This document shows, one piece after another, positions 24,790-36,138 of a DNA stretch of 64,000 nucleotides. Below the pieces are notes generated by a model. That model did not search any database. It was not told the origin of the DNA and saw nothing but the letters and a program-made list of their open reading frames with translations. The position numbers and the translations under genes are program-made. This DNA comes from Macrostomum lignano (Eukaryota): the NCBI GenBank assembly GCA_002269645.1, contig NIVC01001983.1, positions 103,959 through 167,958 of the forward strand. The letters are read 5' to 3'. The first letter of the stretch is position 1; each line of letters starts with the position of its first letter.

Positions 24790-25700
24790 CGAAGATGGCC
24801 GCATTTGGCACATTCAAGCCTTTTGAGAAGTAACTGGGTGTGCAGTCTACATATATATCTTCTTCTAGAAGCGGTCTTAAGGTAAAGAAAGACGGCTAAG
24901 CAGTTTCTTAGCCGATTTCGGGAATCAGGCAGAGACCTGCGACTTCGGCAGGACGCGCGTTGCGAGACTGCATGCTTCGTCTGCGGACTCCGGGAGCCGG
25001 AAGTGCAAAAACGACCGTCGACTGTCAGCACTTTGACGCTCGAGAAGGCGAAGGAGGTCACTCAGGCAGCAGAAATTGCCAAAATAAAGACCAGCAACTA
25101 GCATGCCAAGTTATAGAGGTCAACCTGTTTGGAGGGGCCAATTCACCACGACGACGCTGCATGCGCTGCAGATCCAGGCAAGCACCTGTCGGCTTGAGTG
25201 CCAGCACCGGAACACAAAGTGCCACGCCTGCGGCAAGCTGGGCCACTTGAAGACTGCATGTGTCTGTCTGTAACCGCAACTTGAAATTCAGTGGCCGCAA
25301 GAACTATAAGTACATCAGGTCCGTAAAGGCAAGAATGAGGAGTGAGAAGCTCAGACATAGGGAAAGCAATGAACACCAGATCTGATATGGTATATCTCCC
25401 AGGTTTGCAGCAGCAGGGAGAGGAATGTGAGAGCCAAACTGCTCAGCAACGGGCGATCACTGAGAATTTAGGTGGACACCGGAGCCTGCCGAGGCGGAGT
25501 CCAAGATCGAGGCGGATCGACCTGCTGCGGATGCAGGAAGCAGAGTTGGTAGAGGCAGTGCGGGCACAGACGACTCCGGTGGTCACCTGGGAGCAAACCG
25601 AACGGAAACCACAGCTGAAGACTGACCATTATCTCTTGCCGACTACACTGGAAGAGCTCTGCGACGCGGTTTTTCAGGCGGAAAAATCTTCTCCAAGCTG
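24790..25700 (+). pseudogene. Heavily decayed Gypsy gag-pol relic
   Basis: Pieces in different frames: MAAFGTFKPFEK, AETCDFG...FVCGLREPEVQKR...LTLEKAKEV, CCHC knuckle CHACGKLGHLKTAC, protease-like VDTGA, RT-like LKTDHYLLPTTLEEL. Confidence 0.7.
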
Positions 25701-28643
25701 GAACTCTAAGAATGTTTTTTTTAATTCCTATACTGAATGAAGCCAGCCGCAACCCGACCGTCATCAAAAACCCACAAAGGATTGCTCAGGTTCAAGCGGG
25801 ATGCCCCGGATTGTCAGCCGACATTAAAAAAAGCAGCCCCTGTTTTACAATTTACAAGTACATGTAATATACATGCACATACAGTAAGCCACATGTAAGC
25901 TACACTAGCTGTAGAGTTTAAAAAACACGTACTACTGCAAGCGATCTGCGCCCCATTGAGAAGGAAACAGAGAATCAATAAAAATCTTTGAATCAACTGC
26001 ATGAAGTTTTTGACCTTGTACATTCGCTAATGTCAATTTCTTACCACTTTCCGTACCACTGTGGAGGCGCTCGCGTCCTCGTGCTCACTCGAACCGCAGT
26101 CTGGGCTGTCTGCTGCGGCCGCGCTGGCTCTGCCGCCTCCGCCGCCGCCGCCACCGGAATCGCCGCCGCGCTGGAAGCCGTCGCGGGCCAGTGTGGCAGC
26201 GCTCCGGCGGGCCGCGGCACTCGAATGCAAATGTCGACGTGCCAGTGGGAGCCATCATTGAGGATGACGGTGGTGGCGCTCGCGATCCGGGAGATCTCAC
26301 GAGGCTCGGACAGGCGGCTGCTTAGCTGCTCCGCTTCACCCGCACCCAGTCGCCAACCATGAAAGTCGGCGGGGGTCTCCTGGTCGAGTTGAGCTGGTTG
26401 AAAACTCGCTGCTGTTTCCGCTTGATGCCGGCCGCCAGTCTGTGCCGCGCTGCCGTCCTTGGCTGTAGGGCTGTCAGTGGAGTGCTGATCTTCCGGCCTG
26501 TCATCAGCTCCGCCGGCGAAACTCCAGTCAGTGCATGCGGGGTGGCTCTGTACGACCACAGCAGTGCCTTCACCGCGTCCTTGAAGTCATAGCCCTCCTC
26601 CAAGTGCGTCTTGAGGCCGTCCTTGAGAAACCGGTTGAAACGCTCCACCGCCGCGTTGCCCTGAGGGTGGTAGTGCGGCGACTGCCGATGCTGGATGCCA
26701 CAGCGCCGGAGAAAATCCTCGAAATCACCGGACACGAACTGAGGGCCTCCATCTGTGTTGATACTCTTCGGCAGCCCCCAACGACTAAACCACGTTGTCA
26801 AGGCGTCGATGACATCAGCGCTTGTGATGGTTGACATGCAGGCAGCCTCCGGCCACTTTGAGTGCAAGTCGTACAGCACCAAGATGAAGCGGCAGGAGTT
26901 CGGAGCCGAGTGCAGCTCCCCAAAGATGTCTAGCTGACGCTCCTCCCATGGACGCGTCGGCCACTTTGTCGGGGTCAGAACCGTCAGAACTGAATGGCTT
27001 GAAATTCTTCTCGCTTAGCAGACAGGCCTCGCAGTGCCGCACGAACTCCTCAATGTGCTGGTCGATTTGCGGCCACCAGACGGCGTCCTGACAGTGCTGC
27101 TTCATTCTGCTCACGCCGAGGTGCCCGAAGTGTGCCAGCTGCAGCGTCTTCTCCCTCAGGGATGCGGGGATCACCGCTCGAGTGCCGTTGGCCAGGCACT
27201 TGCCGTCATTCCAGGCCGTCAGCTGCGTTCGGATTCTCCAGAACGGCTGCAACTCCGACCGCAGATGCTTGATGGAGCTCGGCCACCCCTGGAGCGTCAG
27301 AGCTATCACTTCGCTTATTACCGGGTCCTGCATGGATGCCTCGGCCAACTCGCTTGCGCTGACAACCTCCAACGCACCCGATAACAATACGGCATTCACC
27401 TGGTGCTCGGTCGGATCTTCAGCGCAATCTTCTCCGAAAGCGCCATGGCGTGACAAAAAGTCGGGCACGATGTTCTTCTTGCCGGGAACGTGGCACACTT
27501 GGAAGTCGCGCTGTCTTCTTGCATCAACACGGCACCCAGAGCGTGCGCAGAGCTGTCGCAGGCCACGATTATCTTGTCGTCGGGACAGAAGAATCGCAGG
27601 CACGTTGGGGATACTACCATCTTCTTAAGCCTCCAAAAGGCCTTCTGGCAGTCCGCTGTCCAGTTCCAAGGCTGGTCCTTGCGAAGTAGCTGCAGCAGCG
27701 GCTCGGCGATGTCGGATAGGTTGTGTAGGAATTTCGAGTAAAACTTTACCATTCCGAGAAATGAGGCCACCGCCTCGGTGTTCTGAGGTTCCGGCACCGC
27801 TTCGATGGCTTCCACATTGGACTGCATCAGCTGAAGGCCTCTCGCCGAGACGATGTAACCCAGAAACTGCACGGACTCTGCAGCCCACTGGCACTTGGCG
27901 GTGTTGAGCGTAACGCCATGGGCGAGCAGCCGGTCCAGCACTGCCGTGAGCCGCCGCCGGTGCTCCGTCTCGTTGGCAGCATGCACCACGATATCATCAA
28001 TGTAGTGTAGCGTCCCCAAACAGCCGTGGAGAATCTTACTAAGCACCTTCTGAAAGGCTGCTGGAGCGCTGTTAAGGCCGTAGCAGACGCGCTTGTACCG
28101 GTAAAGGCCTTTCCCCGTGATGAAGGCCGTTAGGTCCCGCCGGTCTTCCGCCAGTTCCAGCTGCAGGTACGACGAGTTCAAATCGAGCTTAGTGAACACG
28201 GTCGAGCCCTTGAACTCCGTCGTCAGCTCCTCGAAAGTTGGCAGCGGTTGCTTATCCGGCACTATAGCCTTGTTTGGACACCTGAGGTCGTTGCAGATTC
28301 TGATTTTACCTTCGGGCTTGGGGACGATCACCAGGTTCGAAATCCACTCGGAAGCTTGGATCTCCTCGACGATGTCGTCTGCCAACAGCTGGTCGATCTC
28401 CACCTGGACCTTGTCCTTAATGCTGAGTGGAATACGGCGGAGCGGCTGCGCTACCGGAGGCACGGCCGGGTTCAGCCTGGGCCGGTGCTCGAATCCTCGG
28501 ATCCGCCCGAGCCCCTGCGAGGCTTGAAGCGCTCGGGAAGCCAGGTCGGCATCTCTGCTGTTTTATCGACTGTGCGCACCAGGTCGCCGTCCCTGTCCAC
28601 CACCTGGAAGTTGAGGTGCTGCATCAAGTCCGCGCCCATGATA

Positions 28644-29980
28644 CTTACTTACTACTGACGGGGGGCAGAGCGCCGCGAATAGGCCGCGAGGCCCCTATCG
28701 CAACCCCAAGCTAAAGAGAAACAGAAAGGCGTTAGCCTTGGGGCTGCGCCCACCCCTCGCCGGCAGAAGAGCTCGCGAGAGTGGCGTCTGCGATCTTCAT
28801 CCGCCCAGAATCCCGAACGAATGCACGTAGATCACGGATCCGGTCCGGAGTGGTGAGCTCGTCAAGCCTTAGCGGGTGACCGAGGTGACGCCTCCGCGCC
28901 TCGTTGAAGTGCGGGCAGAAAGTGACGTGGTGCGTCGAGGTTTCCTCCTCTAAATCACAGAATGGGCAGATAGGGGAGCAGCCACTTTGCAGTGAAATAT
29001 GTCTCTGGAAGAAGCCATGGCCAGTAATGACCATGCACATCTCCCTTGTAGCGTGTCTGAAAAATAAATGAGGCTTGAAAGCGGTGGTTCAATTATTTAT
29101 TATCGATAATCGAGATTACCGGAAAAACACTTGCTTATTAGCTGGGTTTGCCTGGTGTATATTTATAGCAAAATTAACGGTGTTCTGGAAATTTCTTTAG
29201 AATTATAACAAAGATACAACATGTAAACTGTAGCTAATACGGATAAATGCGTTGAATAAGAATATGGCTAATAATTAAACTATAAGATATGTAAAGGTTC
29301 CGCGTAGAAATATTTTGTTATGGAAATCCGAAGAAAAATGCAGAAATTTCTTTTACTTAATTTGGAAATTTTACTCGTATAGAATGCGCGAAGGGGAAAG
29401 GAAACTTCTAGAAACTAGGTACATTGGAATAACATTGCAACATCCTCAGGTCAGTTTTACTTAAGAAGATTAGATATTCGGATACTTTCCGGTTAATGGC
29501 AGGCATAGCCTTTCGTGCTTGCCGGTATTCGGAGCAGCTGTCCCAGTGAGTCTGATGCTGGCGGTTCAGCCAATCTTGAATGGCGCGGTTGATTGATGAC
29601 TTCGGAGAAGGTAACTTGACTGAGCGTTGCGCTCCATCAGGGGTGCAACCCCGCTTGGCAAGCTGATCCACAAGCTCGTTGCCGAGGATGTTGCTATGGC
29701 CTGGTGTCCAGATAACATTGATCCTGTTGAGAATCGCTAGGGTCTGCAAGCTTTTGAGGCAGTCTGAGACAGACTTGGTTGAGAGCTTGATAGAAGACAA
29801 GGCCTTAATAGCGGCCTGGCTGTCAGAGTAAAAATAAATGTCAAAGCTGCTGATGCCAGCTTTGTGCAAATGCTCAGCGCACTGGTTGATAGCTACAACT
29901 TCGGATTGAAAAACCGAGACATTCTCACCAAGATGAAGACTCTCTTGTAAGATCGCTTCACCCTTGTGGAAAATGGCAAT
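28644..29980 (-). mobile_element. 5'-truncated non-LTR retrotransposon (RNase H plus C-terminal CCHC; I/LOA/Lian-like) inserted in the Gypsy protease
   Basis: 10-bp TSD (plus strand gcccatgata at 28634-28643 and 29981-29990); 3' tail AGTAAGTAAG. Non-LTR RNase H motifs SVFQSEVVAI, YSDSQAAI, WTPGHSNILGNELVDQLAK, followed by ITGH and [19 protein letters not shown]. Confidence 0.92.
29047..29442 (-). mobile_element. Solo LTR (396 bp) nested in the LINE fragment
   Basis: TGT...ACA ends; TSD ccct/tcct (1 mismatch); minus-strand TATAAAT then AATAAA. Removal restores the LINE reading frame [12 protein letters not shown]. Confidence 0.8.
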
Positions 29981-31251
29981 GCCCATGATATCAGAGCCTT
30001 GTTGCACCACGGTGAAGCAGAAAAACGGCACCTGCTGGTCTCGGTAGTTGACGGGAAACACTGCCTCGCCCACTACACTGATCGCCTCGCCGTTGTACGC
30101 GATTAGCTTCTTGGTCGACGGCTGCAGTGGCACCCGGTTCCCGAGTTTTCTAAAAGTCCTTTCCGACAGAATGGATACCTTGGCTCCAGAGTCCACGAGC
30201 AGATTCATCCAGGTGCCCTGCACCTTCAGCCGGCAGCGGATGTCGGGGCTGGCAGCACCGCGAACTGTGTACACGGCGTGGTCGCTATCGTCCACGACCT
30301 CGGCGACCTTGGCTCCCTGCGACCGGCAAACCCGGCCGAAATGGTTCGCCCGACCGCAGACATGGCACATCTTGCCTTCAGCTGGACAGCGAGTTCGGCT
30401 GGTGTGTCCGCCTCCGCACTTCGAGCAGCGCTCGCGATCCGCTGATCGCCTCTGACCTCCGTCTTTCCTGTCGGTTTGCAGTCGGACTCTCTTCACCTCT
30501 TCTCCCAGCTGGGCTCCGGAAGCAGCTGCGCCTCCCATCTCGATCACGCCGGCCTCGGCGATGCTGGTCTCCCACTGCTGGCTCAGAGTCACGGCCTTCT
30601 GCAGGGTCAGACCGTCCTCAATCAGCAGGCGCTCTCGAATTCGCCTGTCGCTGACCTTCTCCACGATCTGGTCCCGAATCCTTTCTTCCATCATGTCGCG
30701 AAACTCACATGAGCCAGCTAGAGCATACAGGGCCGCCACAAAGTCCGCAATCTTTTCACCGGGACGCTGACTGCGCTGCCGAAACTTGTGGCGCTCGGCC
30801 ACCACGTTGACTTTGACCCCGAACTGCTCGTCCAGAATCGCGATTGTCGCAGCGAATCCTGTCGGAGCCGGGGTCCTCGTTGCCGCCACTTCACGGCCAG
30901 CGAGCCGTGAAGACTCGCTGGCCTTCAGCCCCCAGGCAGTGCAGCAGCAGCGCACGCCTCCTCGCCTCCGGCAGAGTGTCATAACCGGCCGCCAGCAGGT
31001 AATTCTCAAACAGAGACTTCCACTCTTTCCACGGCCTCGTCGGTCGGCCTGGCTGCGGCAGGAACTGATCTGGCGGCGATACGCTGATCCGCGGCGCTTC
31101 TGTTGAGGAATTGTCGCTTGCCATTTTCGTTTGAACTTTTGCAGTTTTAGCAACTTGTGTTGGCTTGGCGTGTGTTTTGCAGACACTTCACTCAGACTGA
31201 CTCCAACCCCGGCTAATTGGGGTGGGTGTTGGCTTTAGCTTGCGACGCCAA

Positions 31252-31424
31252 TGTTGTATAATGAATAAGCCAGCCAGTCTGCAAGTTTGTAGGCGAAACT
31301 TTCAAGCTCTCAAACTCACCGCGCTCTCACTTATATATAATATATTGTAATGCGATCGATAGCTAACAGATGTACATGTACATCGAACGTACACACAACT
31401 ACGCACACGCATAGAGTAGCAACA
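31252..31424 (-). repeat. 5' LTR (173 bp) of the Gypsy element
   Basis: TGTTG...CAACA inverted ends, followed 1 nt later by a TGG-starting PBS. Confidence 0.8.
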
Positions 31425-31426
31425 CA

Positions 31427-31760
31427 TCACCTGGCCCTGGTGAAAACCGGGCAGTGGCAGATAGAGTCCCTCGTCGCATTCGAATGAATGTTCAGAGGCG
31501 TGCCCTTCAGAGTTAGCTTCCACAGGAGGCCATCAAAGGCACCTCTCACCTGCTTCAGCTGGTCGGGAGACAGGCGCGCGTCCTTCCCCAGAATGACAAC
31601 CGCCGATTGCCTCTTTGCCGCATCAGCGTAGGAGGCCCGGGGGTCGGTGGAGTCTTCCTCAGGTGGGCTGTCCACCCTCCCGGCTGCATCGGCCTCCCTA
31701 TCCTGGGCAGGGACTTCAGTGGGCTCGAGGCCCTCTTCCGCCACCGCCCCAGATTGAGCC
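31427..31760 (-). pseudogene. Possible LINE ORF1-like fragment cut by the Gypsy LTR
   Basis: GC-rich open frame with SYADAAKR...VVILGKDARLSPDQL, reminiscent of non-LTR ORF1 N-termini; ends at the LTR. Confidence 0.35.
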
Positions 31761-31865
31761 TTGAACCTTGACATATTGTTTGGCAATTCCCCCATGAGCC
31801 TTGACATATTGTTTGGCAATTCCCCCATGAGCCTTGACATATTGTTTGGCAATTCCCCCATGAGC
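31757..31865. repeat. 33-bp tandem repeat x3 (gagccttgacatattgtttggcaattcccccat), with degenerate copies to ~32200
   Basis: Produces MGELPNNMSRL x3 in the ORF track. Confidence 0.85.
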
Positions 31866-32892
31866 CGTCTATGGTTGACAGGGCGATAAATTTATGGTTG
31901 AACCAACCCTATCCTTAACCCTATAACCCTGCGCTAAGAGCCACAGCATTTCAGCGATCCCCTCAATGAGTCTTTACATCTGGAAAATTCTCTCATGAGC
32001 CACACCATTTCAGTTATACCACCATGGGGCTTGACATCTCAGTGACACTTCCCCATAAGCCTTGAAAACTAAAAAATTCCTTCCCCAATGAATCAGGACA
32101 TCTTATCAATTCCCTCATGAGCCTTTCATGCTTGACGGTGATTCTTTTATGGCTGAACCTTACCCTAACCACATCCCTGTAACACCTTAGCAACTCTACT
32201 CGTTAGCCTCTACATCTGAACAGCCTCTTCTAAATCTTGTCTATGGTAACTCGGTTAAGGTGATGCTATGTTGCTAACAACAAAAATGCGCTGAAGGTTA
32301 CGAGTAAAATATAACAGCGTCGTCGATCGCAGGGGCCGGGCGTTTTGGGGCCCAGGTTGGGATAAAGACTGTCGACAGAATACGTCCGCTATACGGATTC
32401 AGCTATGCAATTAAAATTTTGACAGTATTAGCGAGGTCATTCACAGTGCAATTTAAAAGGTACGAAAGCATGCAGTGCAAGCCAACAGAGAGAGTCTCAA
32501 GGCCCTATGTGAATTCTTACTTCACGTTCACAGTACAATGTACATTCAGACGTCACGAGTAGAAGCATTAGTCAGAAGATAGCTGCTTTAATAAAAACAT
32601 TATGAACATGGAACCTGACTAATAGTTTCCACGGGACTACCTCTGAATGGCCGCGGACCGACCGCGGAGAATCCTAAACGAGCTCGTGTCCTGACAAAAA
32701 TAGCCATGAGGTAGATTCCTAGTTGTGTTCGCGCACAGTGCCGCAAAAGGAAAGAGATCGACTGAAATTCGAGGCGTACAACAGCTGTGTGCATGCCCAT
32801 GCCTCTATATTAATGAGCACGAGCACTGCTCTAGTACAAGCTAAACAAGGCTGTTGGTTTTTTCTCTACAAATTTTGAGTATAAATAAAAAT

Positions 32893-34044
32893 ATGGAACC
32901 AATTCAAGCAGGCTCCCATTTTAGCCGCTCTGAACTTGACATGGAATCTCAACAAGACGATCCGAACGCTAGCAAGGAGAACCATCCAATGATCAACCGC
33001 ATGACTGACGAAGAAACGGAAGCTTCTAGTTTCAGTCAGCCACCGGGATCTGGTATTTCTCGAATCGCCAATCGCTTCAAGCGAAAGCAACAAAATTACT
33101 CTTTAATCATAGCTGTAGTCGCAATTACTCTCGGACTTGTTGCGATTGTTGGCCTGGTGGTATTCGGTACCTACGGACTGCATCTACACGAAGGTCACCA
33201 TGCTCAGACCGCAAGCGGTGGCAGTCCGGTGTTAAATAAGCTAGAACAGACGGGCCCAGGTGATGTCACTGGAACAACACCTTCAACGCCCTCGCGTAAG
33301 ATCCAATGGGTGAGTAGTATTAGTTTTCAGACTTGAAATACTGTACATGTACGTTTGAAGAGTTTCACGACTTGCTAGATTGAAACAGTTTGCATCCTTG
33401 GTTTTTACATGTATACACGTATATATTTTCAGATCCATGTGGCACTGAATATAAAAGATGTTCCAGTATGTACCCAGGATCTCATTGGACTGAAGCCGTG
33501 CAGAAATAGATCAACGTTTATCACTCCAGGTAAAACATTTTGTACAAAGTAGCTACAAGCGTGCATTACATTACTTTATCTGACTTCAGACTGATCATTT
33601 AATAAATTTCAACGCTTCACAGTTGCACCTACTTTGTATCCTCTGCGCTGCGTCGATGATGCCTACCTGTCTAATCCATCGAATTCGACCAACAACTGCG
33701 ATCAACTAGGGGCGCTGAGGCTGCATCCGGCTACTGGAATAATTGAAGTGCTCGAAGAGGGCTTTTACATGATGATCATGCGGGTCACGATTCGCCTACA
33801 CGAATCAGCGGAGGTGCACTTTGGCATTGCTATCAATGACGAACACCTGGCTTTCCTGTGCACCGTGAGCAGCACCGGTGCATCGGGTCCACGCCAGACG
33901 GCACCCTATACCCAATGCTCTGTCGAAGGCTTGCGGCGGCTGAAGGTTGGAGACAAAGTCAGGCTATTCTCGCCTCAGAGTCGCGTCCCGCTGCAGAGCC
34001 TGTACCGCAGCACCTACATTCAGCTTGCTCGTCTGGGCGATTAA
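32893..34044 (+). CDS. TNF-superfamily ligand (type II membrane protein), ~311 aa
   Basis: Exons 32893-33309 (phase 0, GTGAGT), 33433-33529 (phase 1) and 33623-34044 join in frame (936 nt). Basic KRKQQ precedes the TM (LIIAVVAITLGLVAIVGLVVFG). TNF-homology motifs WIHV, GIIEVLEEGFYMMIMRV, CSVEGLRRLKVGDKVRL and STYIQLARL. Confidence 0.85.
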
Positions 34045-35771
34045 TTTTGATTCCATAATTTCTTCAATCACGTTGGAGTAACACTTTTTGAGAAAATCTG
34101 CCTGTCATTCTTTATGACAGTATTATTCAAGCTTGAGTTCTAAAACATTGTTTGTTTTGTTTTGCGTGCATATAGATCGAACCATTCTTCGAATAAATGT
34201 AAAATACGCCTGTACATGTAATGTGCTGCTTTGCCACAAATTCATTATTGATCATCTCTCTTGCTCAAATAATTAAACAACTGTGATACTTTCAAGGTTG
34301 CCACTTTATCCAAAAAGTCCATAAAAGCTGTTTTTATCTCTATATATTATATACGAATAAAATCCAAAGGACAACAATAAGAAATGCAGATACATTTGGT
34401 CATTATCTACTTTAGTAGCTAGTTCTTGAAACATCATGTATTTGTATCAGATATATAATAATTATCTTTCTTTCCCTTAAATTGCGTGTGCATGCATGAG
34501 CTGATGATCGATTGTATATTTTGTACACACAATGTATATTTTGCGCACAGATTAATAAAAAAATGCATCTGACCACCTGTGCAGCGGATGTATGCATAGT
34601 GATTGCAATTCACATCTCTTGCCGATGATTAAATAAAAATGCATTGAAAAATCTTGTATGAATGAACTGGGAGTTTACGTGTAATATGGTATATCATGTA
34701 CGTAGAGCTATAGACGGAAATTAAGCTAATTTGTTGTACATCTCGTTTAACTTTTACTCAATTATGTGTATAGTTTTACGAACAGAGTACATGCATTACG
34801 GTCTCAAGGGATGACTTATTTACTTGTCCTTGTACTATCTGCTCGAGGGCGAAGGAAGGCATTTAACTCCATCACTCCACTTACATGTACATGTAGTCAG
34901 GCCTTCTATAATTTGATGGCTGTCCTTTATTTTTTTTACGCATGGCACCTATTGACATCGTCTATATCATACTCGTAGATTGGTTCAAGAAGATGGCACG
35001 CAAAGTTTCTTTTTTATTTTGGGTGCCGCTGATATGCTATGCTTGACCAAGGACGCGTCATACGTTGTAAACTGTAAAGTAGAAGGATTGAGAACTGTTT
35101 TTTCGTAAAAGATTGAAGCTGCATAAAACATACTCTATGATGACAAAAAATCTTTTTTTGAGACAGCTAAACCCGCATATAGTTTTTTTAGAGGAAACGA
35201 ATGCCAATGAAAATAGTCCATTTTTATATAAAACTCTTTTTGTTTTACTGCTTTGTTTTACTTTAATTTTATACATCCCTCTTTTTTTTCTTTCTTGATG
35301 TGATTCCTGCAATTTTTACACATCCTGTTCAGATTCAGATTTATATCATCTTTAGTATATGGATGCGTGTACAGTTCGATACGAAGTAGCTAACACTAAC
35401 GACAACAAGAGGCACCAAAGCAAATGAATTTCTCAATAGGCTAAATGCAATATTGTTATTTAGGACACAGGGTTTTTTTTGTGCGCAGAGTGTGCGTATG
35501 CACCCTAAATTTTAAAATCGCACCCTGAAATTAAAAAAGTAGGTGCGGTTTAGGTGCGGTCTTATAACCATTTTTCTTTAAAGGCTTAACCATGCTTAAG
35601 CTATTTTTTATGCACTGCCTTAAAATATGAAACAAAATAACTCTTTAAATCCTATTAAGTCATATAGGCGATATAGCCTATAGCTATAGCCTTATGTAAG
35701 ATATTAAAATATACATTCCCAGTTGTCTGAAATGTGAGCAATGTGAGGGTTTCACGAGAGATATTCAGACA

Positions 35772-36138
35772 AAGGCTCCCTAAAACACGCCCCGCACCGG
35801 GCCCCGAACTGCTACACATTATAACATTTTTTGTCAATGCAGTATTTGATTGCAAGGAAAAGTTAAAATAGTAATGGAATAAATATCTTTATTTTTTTTT
35901 AAATATTATTTTTTATATTCTCGTTTTCATTATTAAATTATAATATTATTATTTTATTGATATTATTATTAATATCACTTATTGTTCACCGAATTTTATA
36001 TTTCAAAGTAAAAAAACTAAATTTAATAAAAACTTGAAGCTTAACAGAAAACGCATTCTGAAGTGTCTTTAGTTATAGTCCAATTTGTTTTAATGTGTAG
36101 CGCTGCAGGGCGGTGCAGGGCGTGTTTTAGGGAGACCC
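35772..36138. mobile_element. Mutator-like MITE (367 bp) nested in the left arm of the long inverted repeat
   Basis: TIR ctccctaaaacacgccc(c/t)gcacc; 9-bp TSD attcagaca at 35763-35771 and 36139-36147. Confidence 0.8.

Larger units (their letters stand above)
26041..31424 (-). mobile_element. Ty3/Gypsy LTR retrotransposon, defective; 5' LTR present, no matching 3' LTR seen
   Basis: LTR 31424-31252 (TGTTG...CAACA), PBS TGGCGTCGC, gag from ATG 31124 (frameshift ~30900, CCHC knuckle CHVCGRANHFGRVC), protease LVDSGAK, RT (~28460-27520; YGLNSAPAAFQK, YIDDIVV), integrase HHCC and core (TDGGPQF, NAAVERFNR). Frameshifts near 28525, 27510, 26990 and 26330. C-terminus STRTRAPPQWYGKW* at 26041. Confidence 0.95.

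Noticed and set aside
26061-28714. Numerous overlapping plus-strand ORFs over Gypsy pol
   Set aside because: Antisense shadows of GC-rich coding sequence.
30900-31186. N-terminal ~95 aa of the 592-aa track ORF
   Set aside because: The real Gag N-terminus is in another frame from ATG 31124 (PWKEWKSLFENYL...LLLHCLGAEGQRVF); the extension results from a frameshift.
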